From IMG/VR virus record IMGVR_UViG_3300027708_000015: DNA of 64,000 nt. One strand, given 5' to 3'. Origin of the DNA: a virus. Taxonomy: Duplodnaviria; Caudoviricetes. The translations under genes and the position numbers were made by a program. Below the pieces are notes generated by a model. That model searched no databases, was not told the origin of the DNA, and worked only from the letters and a program-made list of their open reading frames with translations. Below are positions 38,401 through 45,431 of the stretch, piece after piece. How positions within the stretch are numbered: position 1 is the stretch's first letter; every line of letters starts with the position of its first letter.

Positions 38401-41400
38401 TTAATCTTCTATTGATAGGATATCAGGTAACTGAATCTAAAGACATTACTCCGTTAGAAGGCTACGATCCTATACCAAATGTGTTGCATGGCCTGTATGA
38501 CAAGGCAGTTGACACTTATGCAGAGCTTGTATATGCTAATATCGGATCTTTTTCGTCTGCATCTGTTACCCCAGTCATTGTGTCCGGCAGTGTGGTAGGT
38601 ATCGTAATTATAAATTCTGGTAAGGGATATGTAAATGCTCCCTACATCACAATAGCAGGATCGGGCAAGGGTGCAGTGGTTCAATCAACAATCAATTCTC
38701 TGGGACAACTCACCGGCGCAAAAATAATCAACGGAGGAGAAGGTTATAATATCAATACACTATGCTCAATCCGTAGCTATTCAGTTCTAGTGGTAAGTGA
38801 TGAAACTGTAAACAACACTTGGAGTATATATTCTTATGACACTGTAACTAGTATCTATTCTAAAGTGTTGACACAGTCTTATGATGTTAGAAACTATTGG
38901 ACCTATGCTGATTGGTATGCCACCGGATACAGTCAATTTACTGCTCCGGATATCACTGTTCAAAATTTTGTAGATCTAAATACTGCTCAAGACACGTTCT
39001 TCAGATTAGCACGTAATGGAATAGAGCAACCTGGGCAATTGATCAAGGTACTCAACGGCAATGCTGGTAAATGGGTTTTATTGTACAGATACTCAACTAA
39101 AATTACAGTAGACTGGACTCAAAGCTATAGAGTGATAGGAATACAAGACGGTACTATACAGTTTAATAGCGATCTATACAAATTTGCCGGAACTGTTATC
39201 GGTTATGATTCTAACATTTTTGACACTGCTGACTTTGACGTGCAGGCCACTAAAGAATTAAGAATTATATTAAACACTATCAAGGACAAAATATTAATTG
39301 ATGATCTGAAACAGCAATATTTAGATTTATTTTTAAGCAGTTTACACTATGCTCACAGTGAACAACCTTTTATTGATTGGGCCTTCAAAACCAGTTTCAT
39401 CCGTGCAACTCACACAGTTGGCGCACTGAACCAACCTGTTAACTATCCTGTAGATAATCTAAGAAATTTCCAAGATTACGTTGCAGAAGTTAAACCTTAC
39501 AGAACTAAAGTTAGAGAGTATATAAGTCAATATACCGGAATAGACATTGATCAAAGTGCTGTTACAGATTTTGATTTGCAACCCAACTACTCGAATAATC
39601 AAATTAAACCAGTTGAGGCAGTGTATTCTAATAACAGTATTAGTGTAGTAGATCCTACAATACAGACTTATCCCTGGAAGTTCTGGTATGACAACGTTGG
39701 ATTCAGTATCACCGAAATATTGATAGTCAACGGCGGTAGTGGATATGCAAATATTCCGCAAGTGATAATCAGTGCACCAACTGGTTCCAATGCTGTACCT
39801 GCCACAGCAGTGGCTTATATTGCCAATGGACAAGTTAATAGAATAGTTTTAACCAATGTTGATCAGTACGGAAGTGCTGGCAAAGGTTACTTATCAGCCC
39901 CAACGATAACAATTGACGGCGGATTGGAAATTGGCGGAGTGCCTGCTACAGCAGTCGCAATCATTGGGAATGGACTAGTTCGTTCAAATCTTACAGAATT
40001 GCGATTTGATCGAGTCAATCAAACGTACTATTTGGCAAATTTACAGCAAATAGACAAATTTACTGGGTCGGGATCCAAGTTGCAGTTTGTGTTGACCTGG
40101 GCTCCGGACATACGTGTAGGACAATCTAGTGTTACGGTTAATAGCATTCCTGTTCTTAGAGAATTATATACTCTAAAAGTAGTTAAATCAACTGTGTCTG
40201 GCTACACACAATATACAGGAACAATCACGTTCGTAACAGCTCCGGCTCTAAATACGGCCATAGTGGTTACGTATAATAAATCTCAATCAGTATTGACAGC
40301 CGCTGATAGAATTCAATATTATTATAATCCCACAACCGGACAGTTAGGCAAAGATCTAACACAATTAATGACCGGTGTTGACTATGGCGGAGTTATAGTC
40401 AGTGGACTGGGATTCAACATTGCAGGCGGGTGGGGTGCTAGTCCGTATCTGACAGATTCGTGGGACAGCCGTCCTGTTACATTTAATGATTATGCAGTCC
40501 AAGTAGCTGGTAACACGCATGTATTCACATTGCCTTACACTCCGGCTACAGGCACATCAATTAATATATATTTTGCAAGACAGAAGAAGGTATCGTACGT
40601 GTCAGACGGTGCCAAATTGCTGTATGCGTATGATTCTGCATTACAGAATATTTCTGTAAATGTAGTGTCAACTAGTACAACATCTGCAGTTACTACGTCA
40701 TATATTACAGCAGAAGTAATCAGCGGAACAACTGTCAAAAGCGGCGGTTATACATTATTGGTTGCCGATACTACTGGAATAGTGTCGGGTATGATTGTCA
40801 AAGGCACAGGTTTTACAAAAAATCAAAAGGTTGTAAATGTAATAAATTCAACAACACTGACTATAGACAATGTGGCCGACGGATTTCCAGTAAACAGTGA
40901 ACCATTAACGTTTTCTAATTTGCCCGGTAGTTTTATATTGACAGTTGCCAGTACTGCTGGCTTAGCAATTGGAGATGTAGTTACAGCCTCTGGCATATAC
41001 AGCACAGCATTTGCTTACGGCACAACAATTACAAAAATTAATTCATCTAAGTCTGTAACCCTTAATCAGATTCTTTATGCGACACTTGCCGCTGGAACAA
41101 CTGTAACATTTACACAAAATCTTATACAACCTAATGATGTGGTAATCAACGCTTCAGGTACTGTTCAGCTGTTACAAGCCTATCCTGCAGGCAGTGTAAT
41201 CACTGTGGTCGGACAGCAACTTCCTGTAAGATTGGATGACCCCAATTACGGATTAGTAGCTACAAACAATTGGGTACCTGGCACACAATATGCTGTCAAC
41301 AACTTAGTATTGGTAGATGGCATCTCATATGTTTGTCGTAAAGTCAATACCAGCGGCACAAAATTTAATTTAGATTTTGCACTGGGATACTGGAGTTTGA

Positions 41401-44400
41401 TAAATTCCAATGCTATTATTCCAACGCCGGTTCTTGGAGTAAGTGTAATCACATCAGTTATAGAAGGCGGAGCTGGCGGTGCTAGTCTTTCTATTACCTT
41501 TGCTGGGTCAGTTGTAGGCGGCGAAGCAGCCACTATTGAAGACACTGTGCTCGATGGCGGCATTATAAATGATTCTCCTACCAATGTGATAGAAATACCT
41601 GCTACATTCACAGTATTAGAGGGAGATGAATTTATTCTAAGAGAAGCATCTAGTGATGGTTCAGTACCAACACCAGATGCAAACTATGACAGTAAAATCG
41701 ATGGTGGAAATTTAGCCTATTCTACTGCTACAGGTATAGCCGCAGATGATATCATTCTCGACGGAGACGGATTCGTAACCCCAACATCTAGTCCGGCCAC
41801 TGAAGAAGTGATGCCGGGACAAGTAGTAGATACTCTGGCAATCAAAGTGTATGACAAATCACCGTCCGGTGCCGCAAGCATTAAGGTTAACTCTTACTTG
41901 ACCGATGGCGTAAATAAAGTGTTTGCTATAGGGCAAACTCCAAACAGTCCTCGAGCTGTCATAGTGAAATTAGGCAGTAATATACAAACATACACGACAG
42001 ACTATACTGTTGATTATTCAAATAAACTAATACGTTTTAAAAATATTCCTACAGTAGGGCAGTCTGTCACTGTGTTTAGTATAGGGTTTAATGGAAAAAA
42101 CATTTTAGATCTTGACTATTTTATCGGCGACGGGACAACAACTGAATTTATAACAAGAGCTCCTTGGTTAACTTCTCTTACCCCGCTGGTTTATGTAAAT
42201 GGGGTAACAGCGGCAGTTGAGTTATTTCAAACTGATACTACTTATGCATTCTCTCATGCAGTCGGACTTAGATTTGTAACTCCACCTGCTATCGGAACAC
42301 TAATAAATTATATCATTGTTAGCGGAAGTCAACAGACTTTTGCAATTACAAAAACTGAAATAGTTAGTACGACTGGCACAAGCACTTACAAATTACAATA
42401 TCCAATAGGTAAATCTTTACCAAACGAAAGTAGTATGATTGTTAGAGTTGATCAATCAATACTGCAAGCACCAACTAACATATATTTCACTATCAGCAAT
42501 CTCAACTACAAATACACTGTTGATCCAGCTAAGGCATTGCCTTATTCAACTTCAATTGGCAATATATATGTGTATGCTGGCGGTAATCAGTTGGTGTTTG
42601 GCAACGATTACACAATAGATCCGTCAGGTATCTCAGTGACAATTACTGCAGATGTTTACACAACTTATGCAGGCAAACAACTAGTTGTAAGTATTATTTC
42701 AAATAATGGATATACATATAATCCTAATTCAAATGAAATAACTTTTGCGAGCGGAGTTATAGTCGGAAGCTCACAAACAGTTGAGGTAGTCAGCAACTAC
42801 TTGCATGAGACGTTGGACATACAACGTACCGATGTGCAGTATTCTGCTTCATATACATTGACTCCGGGAACTGTGGCCTTTTACCAATATAATGCAATCG
42901 GTGGTGGCCTGATTAGGCTTGATAGACCAGTAATTGATGCTGGATATGTATGGGTAATTAAAAATCTAGTTTTGTTATCTCCGGGAGCCGATTATAAACT
43001 CAATGACGATTTACAAAGTATTCGTTTGACGCAGCCAATAAGTCTATCTGATAATTTAGAAATTCTCACATTTAGTAGCAATGTACTTCCGTCGTCGGGA
43101 ATCGCATATATGCAGTTTAAAGACATGCTTAATAGAGTAACCTACAGACGACTAAATGCCAACAAGAAAACAAGTCTTGTGCAAGCATTGAAATGGAACG
43201 ATACACAAATAGTAGTAAGCGATGCGTCTGTACTAGATCAACCAAACGCCGCAAATAATAATCCCGGAGTAATAGAAATTCGAGGCGAACGCATAGAGTA
43301 TTTTCAAATAAACTATGCTACAAATACTCTGAGTCAACTGCGTAGGGGTACACTAGGAACAGGCGTTTATAATATGAATCTTGAAGGATCATTTGTACAG
43401 AATATTAGTTCAAGTGAAGCAATTCCCTACACAGATACTACTATCACTGGAACTATACTGTCTTCAGGACTTGGAGTTCCAAGAGTTACAGGATCTATTA
43501 TATCAACTACGACTAAAGTGGATCAGCCTATATCTAGTTTTTCTATCGAGTCAACAACTGGGTTATTAAAGGTAACAACAGGAAACTATTATGTTGGACA
43601 GGTTATAGCTGTGTCTGGCTTTCCGATCCATGCTAGTCTTACAGGCGTAACAGCTCTAAACTCAACTGGACAGTTTAGTTGTATTGCTTCTCCGACCTCA
43701 TTCTTAGTGGGTCAGTCAATTATTATCAACAGTTCTACAACTAATGCAATACTTTCTAATGTCAGCATAATTGGAACTTCCGGACAGTTTAGTTGTTTGT
43801 CAAGCCCTACTCCAATGATTGTTGGTCAACAAATAACTATGACAGGGCTAGTAGTTGTAACTCAATACCTATCAGGCGTAATTATTACTGATACCAATGG
43901 GGGTTTTAGTTGTACCTCTTCAACAGTGCTATTAGCTCCGGGACAAATTGTTACAATTTCTGGAACTTTTGGTTCAGGGGCCAGTGTTGGCAGCATAATT
44001 GACTATGCCAGTCCGTCAAGCTATACCATTACTGCTACCAACGGCAGAACTACATTTTCTCTAGCAAAGATTGGAGGCGGTCAGGTAACAACGACAGTGG
44101 GGATTCCGGCCAACCTAACATATGTGTTGACAGCTGGTTCAGGATCTGTTCAAAATTATGTAAATCCAACCACATATGTTATTAGTGAGACCGACGGATC
44201 AACAACATTTACTCTAAAAACTCTATCTGGTAATGCCTTAGTAACTACCCAAGGAATTCCGGCCACAGCCTCTACAATTCCTACCGGATTGAAACTAGTA
44301 TTGGTATCTGGTACTATTGCTGGATACTCAGGAACACAAACTAGGTATTATATTTCAGCTACTAATGGATCGACAAGATTTACATTGTCGTCAACTTATC

Positions 44401-45428
44401 CAGCAGTAACTCCTATAGTTACCACTCTAGGCAGTATGTATGGCCAACAGTATAGTCTGAGCGGAGCAGGATTTAACAATTATCTCAATCCCACAAACTA
44501 TTATGTAGTTGACACAAACGGAACAAATCTAATTACTTTGTCCACAGCACCAAATGGATCTCCGATTGCTTCTGCAGTGGGAACACCTTCGGGACTGACA
44601 GCCAATGTGGTTATCAGTATTGTAACTTTGAATAGCAACGATGGCTTATCTACAGGACAAAAATTGGTTGTTACAGGTGAGGGCGGCGGCGGCCTAAAAC
44701 CGGGATCCTATTATATTGTTAACCCATCTGTGGGTCCAAATCAAGTCACACTGGCCAGCAGTCTTGCTCTAGCACAAGCAGACAAACCTATTAACACTCT
44801 AACCAGTTCCACGCTATCAAATACCACATTCAGCTCAGGCGGGCAGGATATTGGTATAGGATTTGTCCCAGACAATGCTGATCAAATTGATGTATTTGTT
44901 GGCGGATACAATACCACAATATGGGAACCCAACACCAAATACAGTATAGGACAGCTTGTTTCAACAGGTCCTTATACCTATCGATGCATAGTAGACCATA
45001 CTAGTTCAACAGCATTTGGTAAAGATCTTGCCAACTGGTATTTCTTTGTAGAAAATACACGATTGAAGAAATCTTCCTACAGTATATTTGATGTAAATAA
45101 AGCTCCTTATAGCCCAGCCGGTGACAGAGATTTCCCAGCAGATTTTATTGTTGACGGTGTTACAGCAACCGTTACACTAACAAATCCGCTAAGTCTTGGC
45201 ACACAGGTTACTGTGATTAAGAAGACAGGTATTGCCTGGGACGGCAATAAAAATGCTCCAGTTAACATACTAAATGATAGTAGTGCTATTGCTAATTTTA
45301 TCAAGGCAGCTCCTGGAATTTGGTACACTGAATACAAACAAATAAGTAATAGTACAATCAAAGGAAATTTTGACAATACTACTGTGTTATTTGACAATAA
45401 TAATACAATAACATTCGATCAAGGATAA
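29457..45428 (+). CDS. Giant baseplate wedge/structural protein (gp7-like scaffold with many inserted adhesion-type domains)
   Basis: Uninterrupted 5323-aa ORF directly after gp6 (TAATG overlap). Contains CBM5/12-like W..G..Y..G..V.Y repeats, FG-GAP-like propeller blades, a cupredoxin-like segment, GGSGY repeats and nested beta-modules. Confidence 0.75.
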   Translation: MANNVIPPGGLGVNFLPDFYQTPANKKFLQATIDQLYQPGTITKTSGFIGRENAKAANGSDIYVKASTRDRQNYQLEPGIVVKDSLANVTFFRDYQDYINQLGVFGANTNNHARLNKQELYSWDPHIDWDKFVNFQNYYWLPYGPTTVRIYGQQATAISTYTVELQSEGNVNEYLFTPNGLTLNPTIKLYRGQTYNFNVNSPANPFSIMLSRATGTSTRYSQGVINNGVTQGILKFTVPINAPDLLYYQSESDIAVGGAIEIYDVLADSYIDIDNEVLGKKKYTLSNGTELSNGMKVAFGGNITPEKYAKGSYYVEGVGTAIKLVPETILEIVSPYTTNQAIEFGASAFDTAPFDDATGFATLKDYIVINRASKDHNPWTRYNRWFHKDVIETSAKYNNDTVSLDQNARAVRPIIEFEADLKLFNMGTSAIVDIDLVDDFTTDVFSVIEGTSGYNIDGVQLVQGQTILFLADTDPLVKNNIFQVDFVNIQGTTRIALTQVATPVENQATIVLQGVKNQSLMYWFNGTTWIKAQQKTSINQAPLFDIFDDNGISYSNQSTYVGTTFVGTKIFSYEQGTGISDTVLGFPLTYLNVSNIGDIVFSFNLATDTWQWKKNSVAVTGHVNAGYLLSQDYAGNAKYVNGWQLCNTSTIQAAIRIYKNSGLKNKFDIDVYDNIVNLSDLQVKVYINGVRLDKSAWSLVKGTAYYQVVLSTPMHLTDVLTIRSFSAQPINANGYYEIPLNLQNNPLNDDITTFTLGEVTDHVNSIIENIPDYVSIRNSGNVSQYGTKFVQHSGPLSLALYHITSESNNVIKALETARDDYNSFKRNYINIAGSSGIDANPIQLTELFLQKLNANKPNTAPYYFSDMVPYGASTTTNLEVVDYRIKTYPLTSVFSLDVLSNKAVGVYQTKIATGTKSQLVHGRDYTFSNQGFVVIDDSVSLSNGDTITTVEYDSTDGCYIPATPTKLGMWPAYVPQIYLDTTLVNPQNVIQGHDGSIILAYNDFRDDLILELELRIYNNIKVKYDPTIFDSTNIVPGYNRTNDYSLSEFNQVLAPAFYQWSGLVGIDFTLPLNYDRGNQFTFNYSQDVAPNQSPTPGFWRGIYRWMFDTDRPHLCPWEMLGFSTEPSWWSSVYGPAPYTSDNLVLWDDLSTGTVRKPGSASVVLSKYARPILKGHIPVDQDGHLLSPIRCGLARGSETPSIGNDFVFGDVSPVEATWRRSSYYPFSVIVASMLLTPASTFGLLLDRSRTVRNLAGQLVYSETNLRIKPADVMIPSVYSSATRVQTAGIVNYIVDLISNIIFSNNQESYKSYQSNLALLTAQLSYRVGAFTNQDQFNLLLESKTPSAIGNVFIPQESYKIFLNSSSPTQKITYSGVIITKLSTGFEIKGYSKTQPYFNYYEHIESGVTINVGGISESVVTWTRGQQYIVGQVVQYNNVYYRTKIKNTATLEFESKYFVALPSLPIVGGVSATFRDKWNQTSVKVAPYGKQFSTVQSVVDFLLGYEQYLISQGFVFNDFNKKLSSVANWSTSAKEFMFWTLQNWSSGNTVWTEWAPNQPYNYGTIVRYNGSYYSAQYNILALGQFEFEQWTLLPGLSNVGSSVISLSPAANGITFNTTLAVVDDIKNPFNRYEIFKVDSTPIHPNELDSYRIGNTITYSPRTADGIYCASFYLIQNEHVAIVDNMDIFNDVIYNPPSGYRRDRIKLSGYVTEGWYGGLDIPGFIFDGAKVQGWQPWQDYNMADIIAYQGYYYSANSFIAGSATFVSSQWNRLSKQPSAQLLPNWTNTATQFTDFYGLDIDNFNTQQQVFAQHLIGYQTRQYLHNIIQDPVSEFKFYQGMIRDKGTQNVLNHLFGVLNADKVESLMFYEEWAIRVGQYGASSAFEDFEVIIDQAQYKNNPQGYYLTNSSKSDVSYVINQLVPNDIYLKPLGYNSKPFPVLEKSNQLLRSAGYVNPKDITIQLGSLSEIVNYSVAALANGQYVSVAFSANTWNVYRFTDLQIRVLNVTYVLETKTLTITTQNLLPLMAGDYIGIAQVASITGFYQVASVSLNSFTVVSASALVVSAPFTQSGQVVVYALTPQRTTSIDTLDTVSLTHLQPGTLVWTDDSGNGKWAVWQYNSVYSTQNIPDVSPATNFNFGSSLSINSQSTILAVGDSQGSLLMYDKAGSSVPWIRRGSISAPFVSKSGPISLNQLATISALSADGTWLVTGSPTAGYASTTYRGVYNSSSTYAINSIVSVVNSTNNYSYYQAMKPVPASTPPTDRSYWFISPYIPVSQLLGTDSTLAGQGVVSIYLKDSNNNYSLVDTIISPLPAAGEQFGSNIVFGNNSLYIGAIGYNSGAGRVYKLSYITTPQVTTQYNPVGSSASTLAVSTTSGIRPGMIVQGTGFTKGQTVQAVLTTTTLRLSGSPDTGITPSGILNFVTKSWTYDWSENYIGTPSSALGSTIAISADATTLAIKSIGKVNIYKNTGSGMTMLPAVLGSDAYFGMGLSVSADGSYIAISNDTVGPVSQSGGVTIYYYTNGAYTQYQSLVNHRPETNGLFGNKLAFMSDDTIVVYSKNGDSQISTPFDNNTTTFDKRSTNFVTLEVNSGRVDIYDRYKTKWVFGESLISTNLPSDGYGTGFAVGTNQVVISAPNATDQTLASGLVYSYGKTADAYTWSQYQQQDLVADISKIKKAFLYNRKLGTLVTYLDIIDPLQGKIAGPAQEEISYQTFYDPASYSYSDGTTAATVDVDAFWEDLPIGQLWWNLATTKFLENNFEDPAYRTSAWNTLAKGASVDIYEWVSSNLLPANWDIQADTPAGLAKGISGKSLYGNSAYSVKQNYDNISKTFYSTYYYWVKNKLVVPSNVAGRHMASRDVALLIANPRAQAYTCLAITGADSFSLINASQYLKNTDVVLAIEYWTIDKTDQNVHSQWKLISNDTLVNLPLHIERKWIDSLCGVDSEGRLVPDPQLPAKLRYGIENRPRQGMFVNRIEALKQFIERVNLLLIGYQVTESKDITPLEGYDPIPNVLHGLYDKAVDTYAELVYANIGSFSSASVTPVIVSGSVVGIVIINSGKGYVNAPYITIAGSGKGAVVQSTINSLGQLTGAKIINGGEGYNINTLCSIRSYSVLVVSDETVNNTWSIYSYDTVTSIYSKVLTQSYDVRNYWTYADWYATGYSQFTAPDITVQNFVDLNTAQDTFFRLARNGIEQPGQLIKVLNGNAGKWVLLYRYSTKITVDWTQSYRVIGIQDGTIQFNSDLYKFAGTVIGYDSNIFDTADFDVQATKELRIILNTIKDKILIDDLKQQYLDLFLSSLHYAHSEQPFIDWAFKTSFIRATHTVGALNQPVNYPVDNLRNFQDYVAEVKPYRTKVREYISQYTGIDIDQSAVTDFDLQPNYSNNQIKPVEAVYSNNSISVVDPTIQTYPWKFWYDNVGFSITEILIVNGGSGYANIPQVIISAPTGSNAVPATAVAYIANGQVNRIVLTNVDQYGSAGKGYLSAPTITIDGGLEIGGVPATAVAIIGNGLVRSNLTELRFDRVNQTYYLANLQQIDKFTGSGSKLQFVLTWAPDIRVGQSSVTVNSIPVLRELYTLKVVKSTVSGYTQYTGTITFVTAPALNTAIVVTYNKSQSVLTAADRIQYYYNPTTGQLGKDLTQLMTGVDYGGVIVSGLGFNIAGGWGASPYLTDSWDSRPVTFNDYAVQVAGNTHVFTLPYTPATGTSINIYFARQKKVSYVSDGAKLLYAYDSALQNISVNVVSTSTTSAVTTSYITAEVISGTTVKSGGYTLLVADTTGIVSGMIVKGTGFTKNQKVVNVINSTTLTIDNVADGFPVNSEPLTFSNLPGSFILTVASTAGLAIGDVVTASGIYSTAFAYGTTITKINSSKSVTLNQILYATLAAGTTVTFTQNLIQPNDVVINASGTVQLLQAYPAGSVITVVGQQLPVRLDDPNYGLVATNNWVPGTQYAVNNLVLVDGISYVCRKVNTSGTKFNLDFALGYWSLINSNAIIPTPVLGVSVITSVIEGGAGGASLSITFAGSVVGGEAATIEDTVLDGGIINDSPTNVIEIPATFTVLEGDEFILREASSDGSVPTPDANYDSKIDGGNLAYSTATGIAADDIILDGDGFVTPTSSPATEEVMPGQVVDTLAIKVYDKSPSGAASIKVNSYLTDGVNKVFAIGQTPNSPRAVIVKLGSNIQTYTTDYTVDYSNKLIRFKNIPTVGQSVTVFSIGFNGKNILDLDYFIGDGTTTEFITRAPWLTSLTPLVYVNGVTAAVELFQTDTTYAFSHAVGLRFVTPPAIGTLINYIIVSGSQQTFAITKTEIVSTTGTSTYKLQYPIGKSLPNESSMIVRVDQSILQAPTNIYFTISNLNYKYTVDPAKALPYSTSIGNIYVYAGGNQLVFGNDYTIDPSGISVTITADVYTTYAGKQLVVSIISNNGYTYNPNSNEITFASGVIVGSSQTVEVVSNYLHETLDIQRTDVQYSASYTLTPGTVAFYQYNAIGGGLIRLDRPVIDAGYVWVIKNLVLLSPGADYKLNDDLQSIRLTQPISLSDNLEILTFSSNVLPSSGIAYMQFKDMLNRVTYRRLNANKKTSLVQALKWNDTQIVVSDASVLDQPNAANNNPGVIEIRGERIEYFQINYATNTLSQLRRGTLGTGVYNMNLEGSFVQNISSSEAIPYTDTTITGTILSSGLGVPRVTGSIISTTTKVDQPISSFSIESTTGLLKVTTGNYYVGQVIAVSGFPIHASLTGVTALNSTGQFSCIASPTSFLVGQSIIINSSTTNAILSNVSIIGTSGQFSCLSSPTPMIVGQQITMTGLVVVTQYLSGVIITDTNGGFSCTSSTVLLAPGQIVTISGTFGSGASVGSIIDYASPSSYTITATNGRTTFSLAKIGGGQVTTTVGIPANLTYVLTAGSGSVQNYVNPTTYVISETDGSTTFTLKTLSGNALVTTQGIPATASTIPTGLKLVLVSGTIAGYSGTQTRYYISATNGSTRFTLSSTYPAVTPIVTTLGSMYGQQYSLSGAGFNNYLNPTNYYVVDTNGTNLITLSTAPNGSPIASAVGTPSGLTANVVISIVTLNSNDGLSTGQKLVVTGEGGGGLKPGSYYIVNPSVGPNQVTLASSLALAQADKPINTLTSSTLSNTTFSSGGQDIGIGFVPDNADQIDVFVGGYNTTIWEPNTKYSIGQLVSTGPYTYRCIVDHTSSTAFGKDLANWYFFVENTRLKKSSYSIFDVNKAPYSPAGDRDFPADFIVDGVTATVTLTNPLSLGTQVTVIKKTGIAWDGNKNAPVNILNDSSAIANFIKAAPGIWYTEYKQISNSTIKGNFDNTTVLFDNNNTITFDQG

Positions 45429-45431
45429 GAT

